From the NCBI RefSeq assembly GCF_048593235.1, contig NC_133617.1, forward strand, positions 478,372,958-478,436,957: 64,000 bases of DNA. The letters are read 5' to 3'. Below the pieces are notes generated by a model. That model was not told the DNA's origin and made no database searches. It saw nothing but the letters and a program-made list of their open reading frames with translations. Numbering within the stretch: the first letter of the stretch is position 1; every line of letters begins with the position of its first letter. Position numbers and translations under genes: made by a program. Below, in pieces: positions 51,696-63,574 of this stretch. Origin of the DNA: Sminthopsis crassicaudata (taxonomy: Eukaryota).

Positions 51696-52984
51696 CTTGG
51701 CACATAAATAAATTGAGGTGCAGAAGGGTGATTTGTGATGGTTTGTGTCAGAGGTGGAATTTGAACTCCGGTCTCTTCAGGCTTCAGATTTAAGACTGCC
51801 TCATGAATTTGCTTTCCAGCCTGAATTTTCTTATCAATAAAATGGGGATAATTATATTCTGCCTCTTGCGAATATTTATTAAGAGGATTAAGTGAAAGTG
51901 GATAGTGAGAGGATTATAGTGAAAGTTTATAGTTTATGAAGAGAAAGCTTTCTATAAACTAAAACACTGTAGCAAATATAAAGGATCATTGTGATTTCTT
52001 TTGTTTAGATATGTTGTTTCATTGGAAATTCTTACTGAGAAAATCCCCTCTGTCAAAGCAGGTCAGAAGTTTTATTGAAACTTAAAATCATAGAAAGATG
52101 CATGATAGAAGGGAAGTAACATATTCAGTGTTAGTCAGAGGCAGAATTTGAATCCAGGTTTTCCTGACCTTGAGGATGGTTCTCTATCTGATATACCTTG
52201 ATGCCTCTATAGTGTTATTATTACTGTTCCTCCAAATATTTTTATTTTATGCTTTAAGCAGGATGAAAAGAGCTTTTGTTCTGGTGTACTAAGACTTGGT
52301 GAATGGGTACACGCTAACTGCTATTACCATTCAAGAATTTGCAGCCTCAGATCTTATCCTGTGAATTGCTTCCAACCTTGGTTTTCTCAAGTGAAAGATT
52401 CCTGGTGATTTTATTCTGTTTTGATATGATAAAAACCTCTTGCATATTTTAGATGCTTCTCAATATCAATAATTTGCTTATTAGAGAAGCTAAATGTAAT
52501 AGGTTAGAGACTGGGGTAAATCTGAAAGTTCCCATCCATGTTGGAAATATAGTAAGAGAAAACCCAGCAGGAGGAGGGGAGAAATCACAGTATGTTAACC
52601 TCCCATTAGATTTGAATCAACCTTAAGAGTTCATCTGGTCTAATCCCCTGTCTTCAGGCAAGTGAAAAATTTCATCAGACTAAAAGAAAATGTCAGTCCC
52701 TGGAATTTCCAAGTTGGGCAAAGGTGGGAATACATTAAGAGAAGAAAGGCAGAGTGACCCCCTGTTTTCTGGAGTCTTCTGTGGGGAGATATTGGTTGTT
52801 CTTAGCTGCTGAGTGAAGAGAGGATAGTGTTTCCCCTGAAACTCTATGCTCTGTGTACAGACAAGACATTGTTATTATTTATTAATAAGTCTCTTCCTCC
52901 CTCAGCCACTCCAGATATCCTACTCTCCATTCCTCAGGGGACAATATGACCAAGAGCCAAGCCTTAGCAAAGGGTAATCATTGA

Positions 52985-53550
52985 GCTGACAGAGCTGAAG
53001 AGCTTCCTGAAAAAAGAGCAAGGGGAGAAGGAGGAAGGGGGGAGGAGAGGAGATGGAGAGAAAGAGAGGAGAAAAAGACAGGAGGAGGCAAAAAAAGAAA
53101 GGAAGGAGAACAGAGAAGGGAAAGGGGGGAAAGAAGAGAAAAAAGAGAGGAGAAAGAGAGGAGAGAAAGGAAAGAGGCAAAGACGTAGAGACAGAGACAG
53201 AGAAACACAGAGACAGGGAAAGAAGAAGAGACAGAAATAGAGACAAAGAGAGAGGAGAGACGGACAGACAGAGATAAACAGATAGACAAGGAGATAGACA
53301 GAGAGAGAAACAGAGAGGGGGGAGAGAGGAGAGACAGAGATACACATACACAGAGACCTAGAGACAGTAAGAGAGACAGACACAGGGAAAGACAGACAGA
53401 GATGGACAGAGAAAGGGAGAAAAAGATAGCAAGAAACAGAGAAACAGGAGAGACAGAGACAGATAAAGACATAGAGAAAAGAGACAGAGAGATAGATGAG
53501 AGAAAAGAGAGGAGAGGAGAGGAGAGGAGAGGAGGGGGAGAGGGAGAGGG
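52985..53550. repeat. Purine-rich (GA/GAGACA) low-complexity tract
   Basis: ~560 bp almost entirely A/G; source of the spurious L/S/C/F-rich and K/R/E-rich ORFs. Confidence 0.95.
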
Positions 53551-54682
53551 AGAGCTGAAAATCTCAGTTAGACACTTAATTTGGTAAATTGAGATCTGAG
53601 TAGCCAAACAGCTTTTCGTGCCCAGTCATTCTGTCATTCTCCCATTAGCTGGTCTCCTCTTCTAATAAGCATCTTTCTAACCACTGCAGCCAGAATGTTT
53701 TTCTGTGGGTATAGAAGAGGAAGAGTTTCCCAGGACCAGTCCCTGAAAGCTTTCCACCTAAATAGAACTGGGTGCCCAGCTATCTGAAATGAGCTTTATT
53801 TACAGATAACTATGCTGCTCCCTGGGCCATCACTCTCCCTCTAGCATTATTAGCATACTCATTCTTCCTACTGTGTCTCCCCACCTCTCTCCCAGCCCTA
53901 CCTCTAGTGCTCTGGGAATGCCTTTATGCTAGCAAAAGAATGGGTTGATTTTGTCAATTTAACCAAATAGAGCATCAATTCAGTTGACAAGGAAAGGAAG
54001 TGAAGAGGGAAAGGAGAATCTGTCAAACTGGTCATTTAACTGAATTGACTAGCCAAGTCTGTTAAAACTGTTGAATCAGGTCTTCCTATTTAGGATTGTC
54101 TTGCCTGACCCTTCCCTTCTAATCATCCCTGTACATTCTAGCTATTTGTGTGTGGCAGGCATAAACTGGTTTTTGAGCTGTGGGCTTCTGTGTAATAGTC
54201 CTGTTGTAGAACTGAGAACAAGGAATAGAAATTTCAAGGCGATAGATTTTGACTCAATATAAGAAAGATTTTTGTAGTAACTGGAACTACCCAATAATAA
54301 AAATGTGCTGCTCTTGGAGAGACTATTATCAATGGAAATGTTCAAGCAGAGGCTCGATGACTGCCCATTATGGAGGTTTTGGAGGAGAGCCCTGTATTTG
54401 TTGGGAGGATTGGACGAAATTCAGATCCAGCTTTAGCATTTCCTAGCTGTGTGACCTCAGTAAAACTACTTAAATTTCTGCTTGTCTCAGTTTGCTTAAC
54501 TGTAGAATGGGAATATTAATAGCATTTCTGTCACAGAGCTGTGAGGATCTAATGAGATATTTGTAAAGTCCTTTCTTAGCCTAGTACCTGGCCACATGGT
54601 AGGTGCTTGATAAATACTTATTCCTTTTCCCCTTTCATAATGTGGCTTTAGCCTGCCATTTCAGATTTCCAGATATGTAACT

Positions 54683-54684
<2 letters not shown>

Positions 54685-54750
<66 letters not shown>
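54685..54750. repeat. (CT)n microsatellite
   Basis: Read directly. Confidence 0.98.
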
Positions 54751-54754
<4 letters not shown>

Positions 54755-55819
54755 GGCAATTAGGGTTAATTAATTAATTAACTTCGACATCTAGCTGCCC
54801 CTGATTGACTTCTTTTCACATAATTTATATTCCAGCCAAACTGGTGTATGTGCTCTTTCTTGTCAGTAATATTCCATCTCCAATCTCCATGACTTTGCTT
54901 AGGTCTGGGACGTTCTTCCTCCTTATCTCTGTCTTAATAATCTCTGTCTTCAAAGCCCAGCCTAAGAGCTATCTTTTACATGAGACTTTTATTCTGACTC
55001 TTTCCAGCTGTTACTGCCCCCAAGATGATCCTGCATTGATTATGTACAGGACATTCTGTTAGGCAATATAACTCAGAGGCAGAAAGGACCTCTGAGGGCA
55101 ACCACCTCATTTTACAGATCAGGAAACTGAGGCTTAGAAAGGCATAGGAAGGGGTAGCTAGGTGACAGTGGATAGTTTTGGAGTCAGGAGGACTTGAATT
55201 CAGATCTAACCTCAGATACTTACTAGCTGTATGATCTTGGCCAAGTCATTTAATGCTGATTGCCTCTAAAACAAAACAAAGATTGTAGTGATTTGCCCAA
55301 AATATAATAGCAGGAGCAGGCATGAGCTTAGTTCTTTTGACTCCATGTTCAGGGATTATTCCATTGCACTGTGTTGTGATCTTTGGATGGCAGGACTGGT
55401 TATTTCTCATCCTGTCTCCTGGTTTCGGTGACAGGAAACGGGACTTAGCTAGGAAAAGCAGGGGAGAATTTTCCTCCTCTACTTGGCCACTCTGTGTGCT
55501 TGGAGGTGGATGTGTGAGGTTTTAGGCTGGCTCCCAAGGCTACATTGGAAATATTAGTGGGTGGCTTGTGGTCTGCATTTTCCTTGCAACCTTGTTACTT
55601 CCTTGACACCATGGACCTCATTTATTCATTCAACCAATACATTTTTTTTCTGATCACACTCTGGGGACACAAAGATGAATGAAAGACAGTGTGGTGTAGT
55701 GGGAAGTACATGGGACTTTGAATAGACTTGGGTTTCTCATTAAAAGAGGTCTCGATAGTATTTTTACCTTTTTGTTTTGTTTTGTTTTGTTTTGTTGTTT
55801 GCTTGTATTTTTTTTTTCC

Positions 55820-56035
55820 TTTTTTTTTTTTGTTGTTGTTGTTGTTCAGCATTCAGCATACAGAAATATATTTAGGAGAATTTTACACATTTAATCTATA
55901 TCAGATTGCTTGCTGTCTTAGGGAGGGGGCAGTGGAGAGGAAAGGGCAAAAAATCTGGAGCACAAGGTTTTGCAAAGATGAATGTTGAAAACTATCTTTG
56001 CATGTATGTGTAAAAAAAATAACATTAAAAAAAAG
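55820..56035 (+). mobile_element. L1 extreme 3' end, plus strand (the only one seen in this orientation)
   Basis: tttaatctatatcagattgcttgctgtct...aatgttgaaaactatctttgcatgt then A-run; reverse complement of the 4645-type end. Confidence 0.85.
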
Positions 56036-56356
56036 AGAGAGAGAGACCTTGAGCTTAATATCTTTTGACCTCAGTTTTCTGGGATAGAATCTCTTAGTCT
56101 CAGTTTTAGGGATAAAATTTTGGAGTATAGCAGATATAGAGTCAGTCAGAAAGACCTGAGTTCATCCATGTCCAGCTTTTGAATCATACTGATAGATGAT
56201 CCTGCACAAGTCCTTTAACCACCCAATGCCACATCAGCATTGTAAAGTTTCTTAATCCTTGGATACCTTTGGTTGGCTGTGAAGCTTCTGGACTCCTCAG
56301 AAGAGTAATTTTAAATACATAGAATTACATTAGACACCAATTATATTGAAAGACCA

Positions 56357-56954
56357 TTTGTTGGAATAATATTTTTAAATGTATAAAACAAATCATATAG
56401 GATTACAAAAGAAATTAATCATACTGAAATAAAGGTGTAATTTTTCTTAACCATCCAAGTCCACAGGTTCTTTGAAATCTAATGGAGATCCTTGGAGTCA
56501 AATGTTTTATTTTTTTCTGTTTATACATGTATATTAACTTTTTAAATACACATTTCTTTATAAATCATGTTGAAAGAGAAAAATCAGAACAAAAGGGGAT
56601 AAACATGAAAGAAAAAAAAAAAAGAAAGAAGTAACCATAGCATGTGATGATTTTGTTGGAATAATATTTTTAAATGTATAAAACAAATCATATAGGATTA
56701 CAAAAGAAATTAATCATACTGAAATAAAGGTGTAATTTTTCTTAACCATCCAAGTCCACAGGTTCTTTGAAATCTAATGGAGATCCTTGGAGTCAAATGT
56801 TTTATTTTTTTCTGTTTATACATGTATATTAACTTTTTAAATACACATTTCTTTATAAATCATGTTGAAAGAGAAAAATCAGAACAAAAGGGGATAAACA
56901 TGAAAGAAAAAAAAAACCAGAAGAAAGAAGTAACCATAGCATGTGATGATTTTT
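56357..56954 (+). repeat. Near-identical 295-bp tandem duplication
   Basis: tttgttggaataatatttttaaatg... starts at 56357 and 56652; copies differ only around an A-tract; covers a MITE part and an L1 3' end. Confidence 0.97.
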
Positions 56955-58234
56955 ACATTCAATCTCCATAGTTCTTTTTTTTTTTTTTTTTTTGATGCAG
57001 ATGGCATTTTCTATCCAAAGTTTTGGACTCCAGATTTTAAAACTCCTGCTTTTAGATATAAGTGGCAGAATTGTTGCTAATCTTCACTGGGAAAAGGCAT
57101 TTCTCACGGGGAGTCTCTTACTTTGATGAAATCACAGCTTTAGAGCTGTACCATAAAAATGATATCTCTTATGACTATTGTTATGTCAATGAAACCACAA
57201 ATCTAGTTCCTATCATCAATACCTGTGTTTGGCACCTGACACAGTGGTTATTAATAAGTTTTTTTTTATTGAAAAATTTCTGATTTCAATTGTGATTTGG
57301 GATTGTGATACCTCCCTATAACTACTATCTATTAACTGGCTCTCATTCCACCCCTTCTAGGCAGGAGCATTTAGCCCTTATCTACAGATAGCTTTACTAA
57401 TGCAGTAGGTACAACGTTAGACTTGAAGTCAGGAAATCCCAAGTTCAAATTCTATCTCAGCACTTACCAGTTATGTGACTTGAATAAGTCAAGTAATCTT
57501 TCTATGCCTCAGATTCCCTATCTATAAAATAAAGATAATAATAATAGCACCTATCTCCCAGGGTTGTTGTGAGGATTAAATGAAATAATATTGGTCAAGC
57601 ACTTTGCAATTCTCAATGTGCTAAGTAAATACTAGCTATAATTATTATATGTGCATTCTTTTAAGGAAAATGATTTTCTAACAACTCTTTAGATAGTTTG
57701 GGAAGAGTCTAGTCCTGAAATAACTGTAGAATGATGATCTCTCTACTACTATACAGAGAAGCTGTTGAGATCACAAAACAAAATGTATGTAAAGTGCTTT
57801 GTATCCTCTGATATACTGTACCATGTGAAAGGTAATAATATGATGATGACGGTGGTGATGTGTTACCAAACAAAGGTATGATATTTCTGTCTGAGTTAGT
57901 CATCCTATTTTCAGGGGGACAGATTCTTTGTTTATTGTTCAGAAATAATAGACACATGTTCTCAATGGAGATAAAGGACTGTGTGGAAGTGATAAGTAAT
58001 CCTTATGCTGGATTTTGAGCAACTTCTCTGTGCCTCAGTTTCCTCATTTGTAAATGAGAATTAGACTTGATGACCTAAGATGCCTTCTAGCTCTTGATCT
58101 ATGATTTTATGACTTCATGCCCTTGGGAAGGGAGTAGGAAATGTTGGGGAGGAAAAGAAAATGGAGGGGAGGGGAAATAGAAATTTAAGGGAGAAAATAA
58201 GATCAAGAAATAAAGATAGGAACAATTAGAATCC

Positions 58235-58475
58235 AGTGGATGGACTACTGGGCCTAGAATTAGGAAAAGTCATTTTCTGAGTTCAATTCTGGTCTCAGAC
58301 ACTTATTTAGCTATGTGATCTTGAGCAAGTCTCTTTAGCTTATTTGCCTCAGTTTTCTCACCAGTAAAATAAGCTAGAGAAGGAAATGGCAAATCACTTG
58401 GCAAATCTTTGCCGAGAAAATCCCAAATGGGGTCATGAAGGGTCAAACACAACTGAAAAATGACTAAACAACAAT
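58235..58475 (+). mobile_element. Mar1-like CORE-SINE with RTE-like tail
   Basis: cagtggatgg...gctagagaaggaaatggcaaat...cccaaatggggtcatgaag...acaacaataa. Confidence 0.85.
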
Positions 58476-59214
58476 AATAATTAGACTTTCAAAGCCTATA
58501 CACTAATGAAAAAGACATGTAGATATATGTGAGTGAATCTAAGAAATTGTTGGGATCCTTTATAAGAGATACTATGACGGAATCATTAATTTTCTAATGC
58601 TTTCTAGCCATTCATTTTATGTGCTGCCCAGCATATACAGAGATTCTACTGACCCCCAAGCAGTAGGGCAGCTGCTTTGAGCTGTTTTCCTGGTAGTGTG
58701 ATGGATTGTGATGAGTTTTCCATGCTTTTTTATCTGGTTCCACTTATGACCAGCATGTAATTATGAAGTAGCTACCAAGTATGAGAGATAGAGCAGTTTG
58801 GAGGAGAACTTTTCTTTTTCTTTGTCCAAAACTCAGGCCATGGGAGGATTGAACCTTGTAACCTCAGCTTCATGGGATCACACTTTAACCCAGAGTTCTT
58901 TCTAAGTTACACTCGAGTGTTCTCAGAGTTGGGAAGGACCTCAGAAGTCACCTCGATTGACTTATAGTAGAACAGGAACACTTCCTATAACATCTTTGAC
59001 AAAGTTATCATCTAGTCTCTGCTTGAATATCTCTAGGGATGAGAAATTCACTCCCTTATGAGACAATCCATCCAATTTTTGTACAGACAAAGCTGTACAT
59101 TGTTTTATTTTTCTTACATTGAATCAAAATTGTCTTCTGCAACTTTAACATGTTCCTCTAAGTTCTCCTTTCTAGGGTCAAGTGTACTAAGTCTGATTCC
59201 TCATTTTTTCTTTC

Positions 59215-59690
59215 TTTCTTTCTTTTTTCAATAGCATTTAATTTTTCCAAATACATATAAAGGTAATTTTCAACATATATTTGGTAAAACTTGATGTTGT
59301 AAATTTTTCTCCCTCCATCCATTGCTTCCCCCCTTCCCAAGACAGCAAGCAATCTGATAAAGGCTAAATATGTGCAATCCTTTTACACATATTTAAAAGG
59401 AAAAAAATAACAAAAAAGTGAAAATGCTGTTTTATCCATATTCAGTTTCCATAGTTCTTTCTCTAGATGTGATTGACATTTTCCATCCCAAGTCTATTGG
59501 GATTGTCTTTGGGGGCAGCTAGATGATACAGTGAGGAGAGCACTCAGGAGGACCTGAGTTCAAAATTGCCCTCCGACACTTAGTATTTACTAGTTGTGTG
59601 GCCCCAGACAAGTCATTGAACCCCAATTGCCTCACACACAATTGCCTTGAATGCAATGAATCATTGCATTGTACAATAATTCTTTCAATA
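59215..59690 (-). mobile_element. L1 3' fragment interrupted by a short SINE (~59512-59630, plus strand)
   Basis: L1 motifs (agacagcaagcaatctgata; catcccaagtctattgg) flank ggggcagctagatg...aaccccaattgcctc. Confidence 0.8.
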
Positions 59691-59754
59691 CTTGAAGAGA
59701 GCTTTTATGTCTCCCCCCCACAATGTTTAATTTCTTCTCCCCAAGGGCAGCAAG

Positions 59755-60025
59755 ATGATGCAATGGATATAGCATCAAAACTGGAGTCAGGAAAACTTAT
59801 CTTCCTGAATTCTAGTCTAGACTCAGATACTTATTGTGTGGCCCTAAGCAAGTCATCTGACCCAGTTTCTACATCTGTTTAAACAATAACAACAACAAAA
59901 ACAAACCCCCAAACCATGAGCTTGAGAAGGAAATGGCAAACCACTCCAGTATCTTTGCCAAGAAAACCTCAAATGGGATCATGAAGAGTCGGATATAAAT
60001 GAAAAATGATTGTATGATAACAACA
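59755..60025 (+). mobile_element. Mar1-like CORE-SINE
   Basis: ctggagtcaggaaaacttatcttcctg...gagaaggaaatggcaaaccactccagtatctttgccaagaaaacc. Confidence 0.85.
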
Positions 60026-60609
60026 AACATCCCCAGCTCTTTCAGCCACACTGGGCAACTCTAATTCTATGGTGGCAGAGGGTTGAGCTTATCTGATTTG
60101 TAAAAGCAAGGGTGAAGAGTTGTCTCAGCTTCTGTGTGCCAACAAAGCCCTTGCTGGTACTGGGAAACTCAAGGTCCTAAGGTTCATGGTATAAATCTGT
60201 AGGGATTAAAGCCAGAAAGGCTTTTAGAGATATCTTTGTTCCCAACCTGTGCTGAGTGATTTGCAAAGAGTCTTCCAATCCATGTGCACACATAGCATTG
60301 TTATTTTGGTTTTATTTAGTTACAGAAAAATATGCATTGTTTCTCAGGAAAATAAATAAGCAAATATATATCTGGTACCCTGAATAAATGATGTATCTCA
60401 TATACATTACTATTTTCAAAATGTATGTTGATGCTATCATGATTAAGAAAACATAAATGTATTAAGTGCTACTGAATTCACAGTAACTTTTTGTTATCAT
60501 ATTTTTCTCAATCACTGAGTACCAATTTTATATTGTAGGATTTGTGCATTTTTGCTATTAAGGAATCCTAATATTTGAAAAATGATTCTGAACTATTCAT
60601 CCTATCCAA

Positions 60610-60915
60610 CGCTTTCTTTTTCTGTCTGTCTCTCTGTATATGTATCTGTTTCTCTTTCTCTTCTCTCTGTTTCTATCTCTTTGTTTCTGTCTCACTATCT
60701 CTCTGTTTCTGTCTCTCTGTCTCTACCTGTCTGTCTTTCTCTGTGTTTCTCTGTGTCTCTGTTTATCTTTCTATGTTTCTATTTCTCTCTATCTGTGTCT
60801 TTGTGTTTCTGCTTCTATCTCTCTTTTTCTCTTTCTTTTTCTCTCTTTCTCTATGACTGTGTCTCTGTTTCTGTCTCTCTTTTTCTCTTTTTTTGCATCT
60901 CTGTCTCTGTCTCTC
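60610..60915. repeat. Pyrimidine-rich (CT/TGTCTC) low-complexity tract
   Basis: Read directly. Confidence 0.95.
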
Positions 60916-61719
60916 TTGAGGAAACTGAGTCCTGAAGAGACTAAGGCATTTGCCCAAGGTCACGTGGAAGGTAAGGACCAAACCTCCCCTCCCCTCCAAA
61001 ACCAATCCTATTTCCTAGAATGGTAGTGAATTCTTGGTTTTCAGCTTTGTTTCTGACACACAGCAGAGCCAAGCATTGCCAAGGCCAGCATGCTGTAATT
61101 ATATTTGTTTGTAATCTTTTTTATATCCCAACCTATCTTTGGACTCACCTTTCTCTTCTGTAAACTGAACAAGTTGAACTAAATATCTTCCAACTCAGAC
61201 ACTGCATTTCAATTCTTTAACTTGATCCCTTTTCCCCCTCCTTCCTTTCTTATCCACAGCACCCTGCCTACATCTCTAGCCAAGGAGCAGGCTCACTCTG
61301 GAAAGCCTGAAAAGCCCAGATTGTTTGTTCTACGGTTTCCTTAGAAATGCCAGTGGGGAGCCTTCCTACCTTCCTGTCCCCATGCCAAGGCAGTTACAGG
61401 GCTTAGATAGAAGCTACTCTGGGCCAAAGAAAGATTTCTTATAAAACCAGGCAAAGTTTGGTTTATCTCTTCATACCCAAGTTTAAAATAGTGAAGGTCT
61501 GAGCTTTGAAGGTAACATCGGAGCAGGACCACTTTTCCTGTGGGGATTTGAGCCATGTGGTGTAATGGAAAGAGTGCTGGGCTCAATCAGGAGAGTTGGG
61601 TTTGATTGTAAGTGCTAATCCAAGTTAGCTGTGTGGTCTTAGACAAGTTCCTCTGAGGCTTAGTTTTGCCATCTATAAAATGGGGATAATAATGCTTACA
61701 TCACCAGATCATAGGTCCC

Positions 61720-62774
61720 CCAAGCTACTTAATGCAATAGAATGAGTCTGCCTGAGTCATACCCAATATCTCAGATAATAAATGACTTCACTTTGTTAAC
61801 ATTTCTCAAACAGGACTATTTGAAAAATCTTCCTTTTTGTTTTGGGCTATCAGTGTCTGGGTTCCTACTGGGATTAAAAAAAAAAAGATAAATTAGCATG
61901 AAAAAAGGTAAAGATTATTTCACATTGGTTGTTATGAACTGAAGTCAGGAAGCGCTGAGTTCGAATCTTGCCTCAGATACTTTACTAGCACTGTGACCTT
62001 GAGTAAAATAACTAGTCTCTCTCCAGTCTGAGTTTCCCATGAGGTAGGCTGACATGATGGCCTCCAAGATCCCCTCTAGCTTTAAACTTGTGATCGTATG
62101 AGCCTAGGGATATTGACTCAATAAGCAACGATTAAACACCTATGGTGTGCCACACTGAGAGGCAGTCAAGAGAGGGAAAAGGCAGCATCTCTGCCTTTGA
62201 AGAGCAGATTCTTGGGATAATAAAACCAGTAAATGGAAAATCTGTTATTTTCTTTTTTTTTTCTTTCTTTCTTTTTTTCCCTGAGGCTGGGGTTAAGTGA
62301 CTTGTCCAAGGTCATACAGCTAGGAAGTGTTAAGTGTCTGAGGTTAAATTTGAACTCAGGTCCTCCTGACTCCAAACTTGGTGCTCCACCCACTGCGCCC
62401 CCTAGCCGCCATGCGCATGTGTGTCTATATACATACATACACGCTGCTATCTGTCCATGGGTACTTGCCCGCACACATTGTACGCATGCACCTAAAGATG
62501 CAGGAATATACACATACATGTCCCTGAGCACGTATACGTATCCTGGGTCTGCCGATTTCCAGACCAAGCCACTTAACACAATGGAAGGAAGAGGAGCTCG
62601 GGCAGATCCTGCTGGAGTCACACCCAGCGTCCCAAACGACTTAACGCCTCCACATCGTTAGCATTTATCAAATCGGGCTCTTCGGAAAGATTTCCTTTTT
62701 CCTCCGGACTAGCGGCGCCCGGGCTCCTAATGGGGCTAAAAATGACAAATTAGCATGAAGAGAGGTAAAGACTA
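61720..62774 (+). repeat. Diverged ~200-bp local duplication (61720-61917 and 62564-62774)
   Basis: Collinear blocks ccaagc(t/c)acttaa, gagtca(t/c)accca, ttccttttt, ggg(t/c)tccta, aaattagcatgaa, aggtaaaga(t/c)ta. Confidence 0.9.
62281..62410 (-). mobile_element. Short CORE-SINE (WSINE1-like)
   Basis: ggggttaagtgacttgtccaagg...tttgaactcaggtcctcctgactcc...cactgcgccccctagccgcc. Confidence 0.9.
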
Positions 62775-63536
62775 GGATACAAGCTCTATTTGCTCCACAC
62801 CTAAGATCTAATTACCCGTAGTAGTCCCCTAATTCCACGTAACACACCGCGGGGCCTGGAAGGCCCGGATGATAAATGCCTCAAATCCCCCAATATTCTC
62901 CTCTCTCCTTCACTCAGACGCAGCCTCCTTCCCCTTCTCCGAACGCAGAAATGATTTTTCTCTATCAAAATGTGCAATAANNNNNNNNNNNNNNNNNNNN
63001 NNNNNNNNNNNNNNNNNNNNNNNNNNNNNNNNNNNNNNNNNNNNNNNNNNNNNNNNNNNNNNNNNNNNNNNNNNNNNNNNNNNNNNNNNNNNNNNNNNNN
63101 NNNNNNNNNNNNNNNNNNNNNNNNNNNNNNNNNNNNNNNNNNNNNNNNNNNNNNNNNNNNNNTCCCTGACAGACTCCAGACGGGCAGCGGCTGCTCGGCG
63201 GCAATCTCTCGGAACTGTCACACTCTGTGATCGGCCCTTTTACAAACACAAACACTGCTGATTTCTTATCAAATGTAAAACCTGCACAGCTCTTTCTTAA
63301 ATGGTTACCACTAGCATGAAATTGACATTGTGAATCACATGTGACACTGGCTTGTCTGAGGTGTAATTGATCTGTGCTTAGGAAGGAGACCGCAGCCTTG
63401 CTTTCTCAGGGAGCCCCAATCACTAACGCTCTCCAGCACATCCCTGGCTTTGCACAATCTGCTCAGGACCCCGGCGATGGCAAATTGTGGTAAATGATAG
63501 AAAACTGTAAGGAAATGCCTGATTCGCCTAAGTTGT

Positions 63537-63574
<38 letters not shown>

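Noticed and set aside
52920-53607. Longest ORFs in the track (up to 209 aa, L/S/C/F-rich)
   Set aside because: Translations of a low-complexity GA/CT tract; the same applies to 60575-61026.
790-62410. tRNA-like A/B-box sequences (agtggatagagc...gagttcaaatcc)
   Set aside because: SINE heads followed by CORE sequence, not tRNA genes.
7759-63261. ORFs spanning N gaps (7.8-8.1, 23.8-24.2, 34.0, 42.3, 62.9 kb)
   Set aside because: They are long only because N codons cannot be stops.
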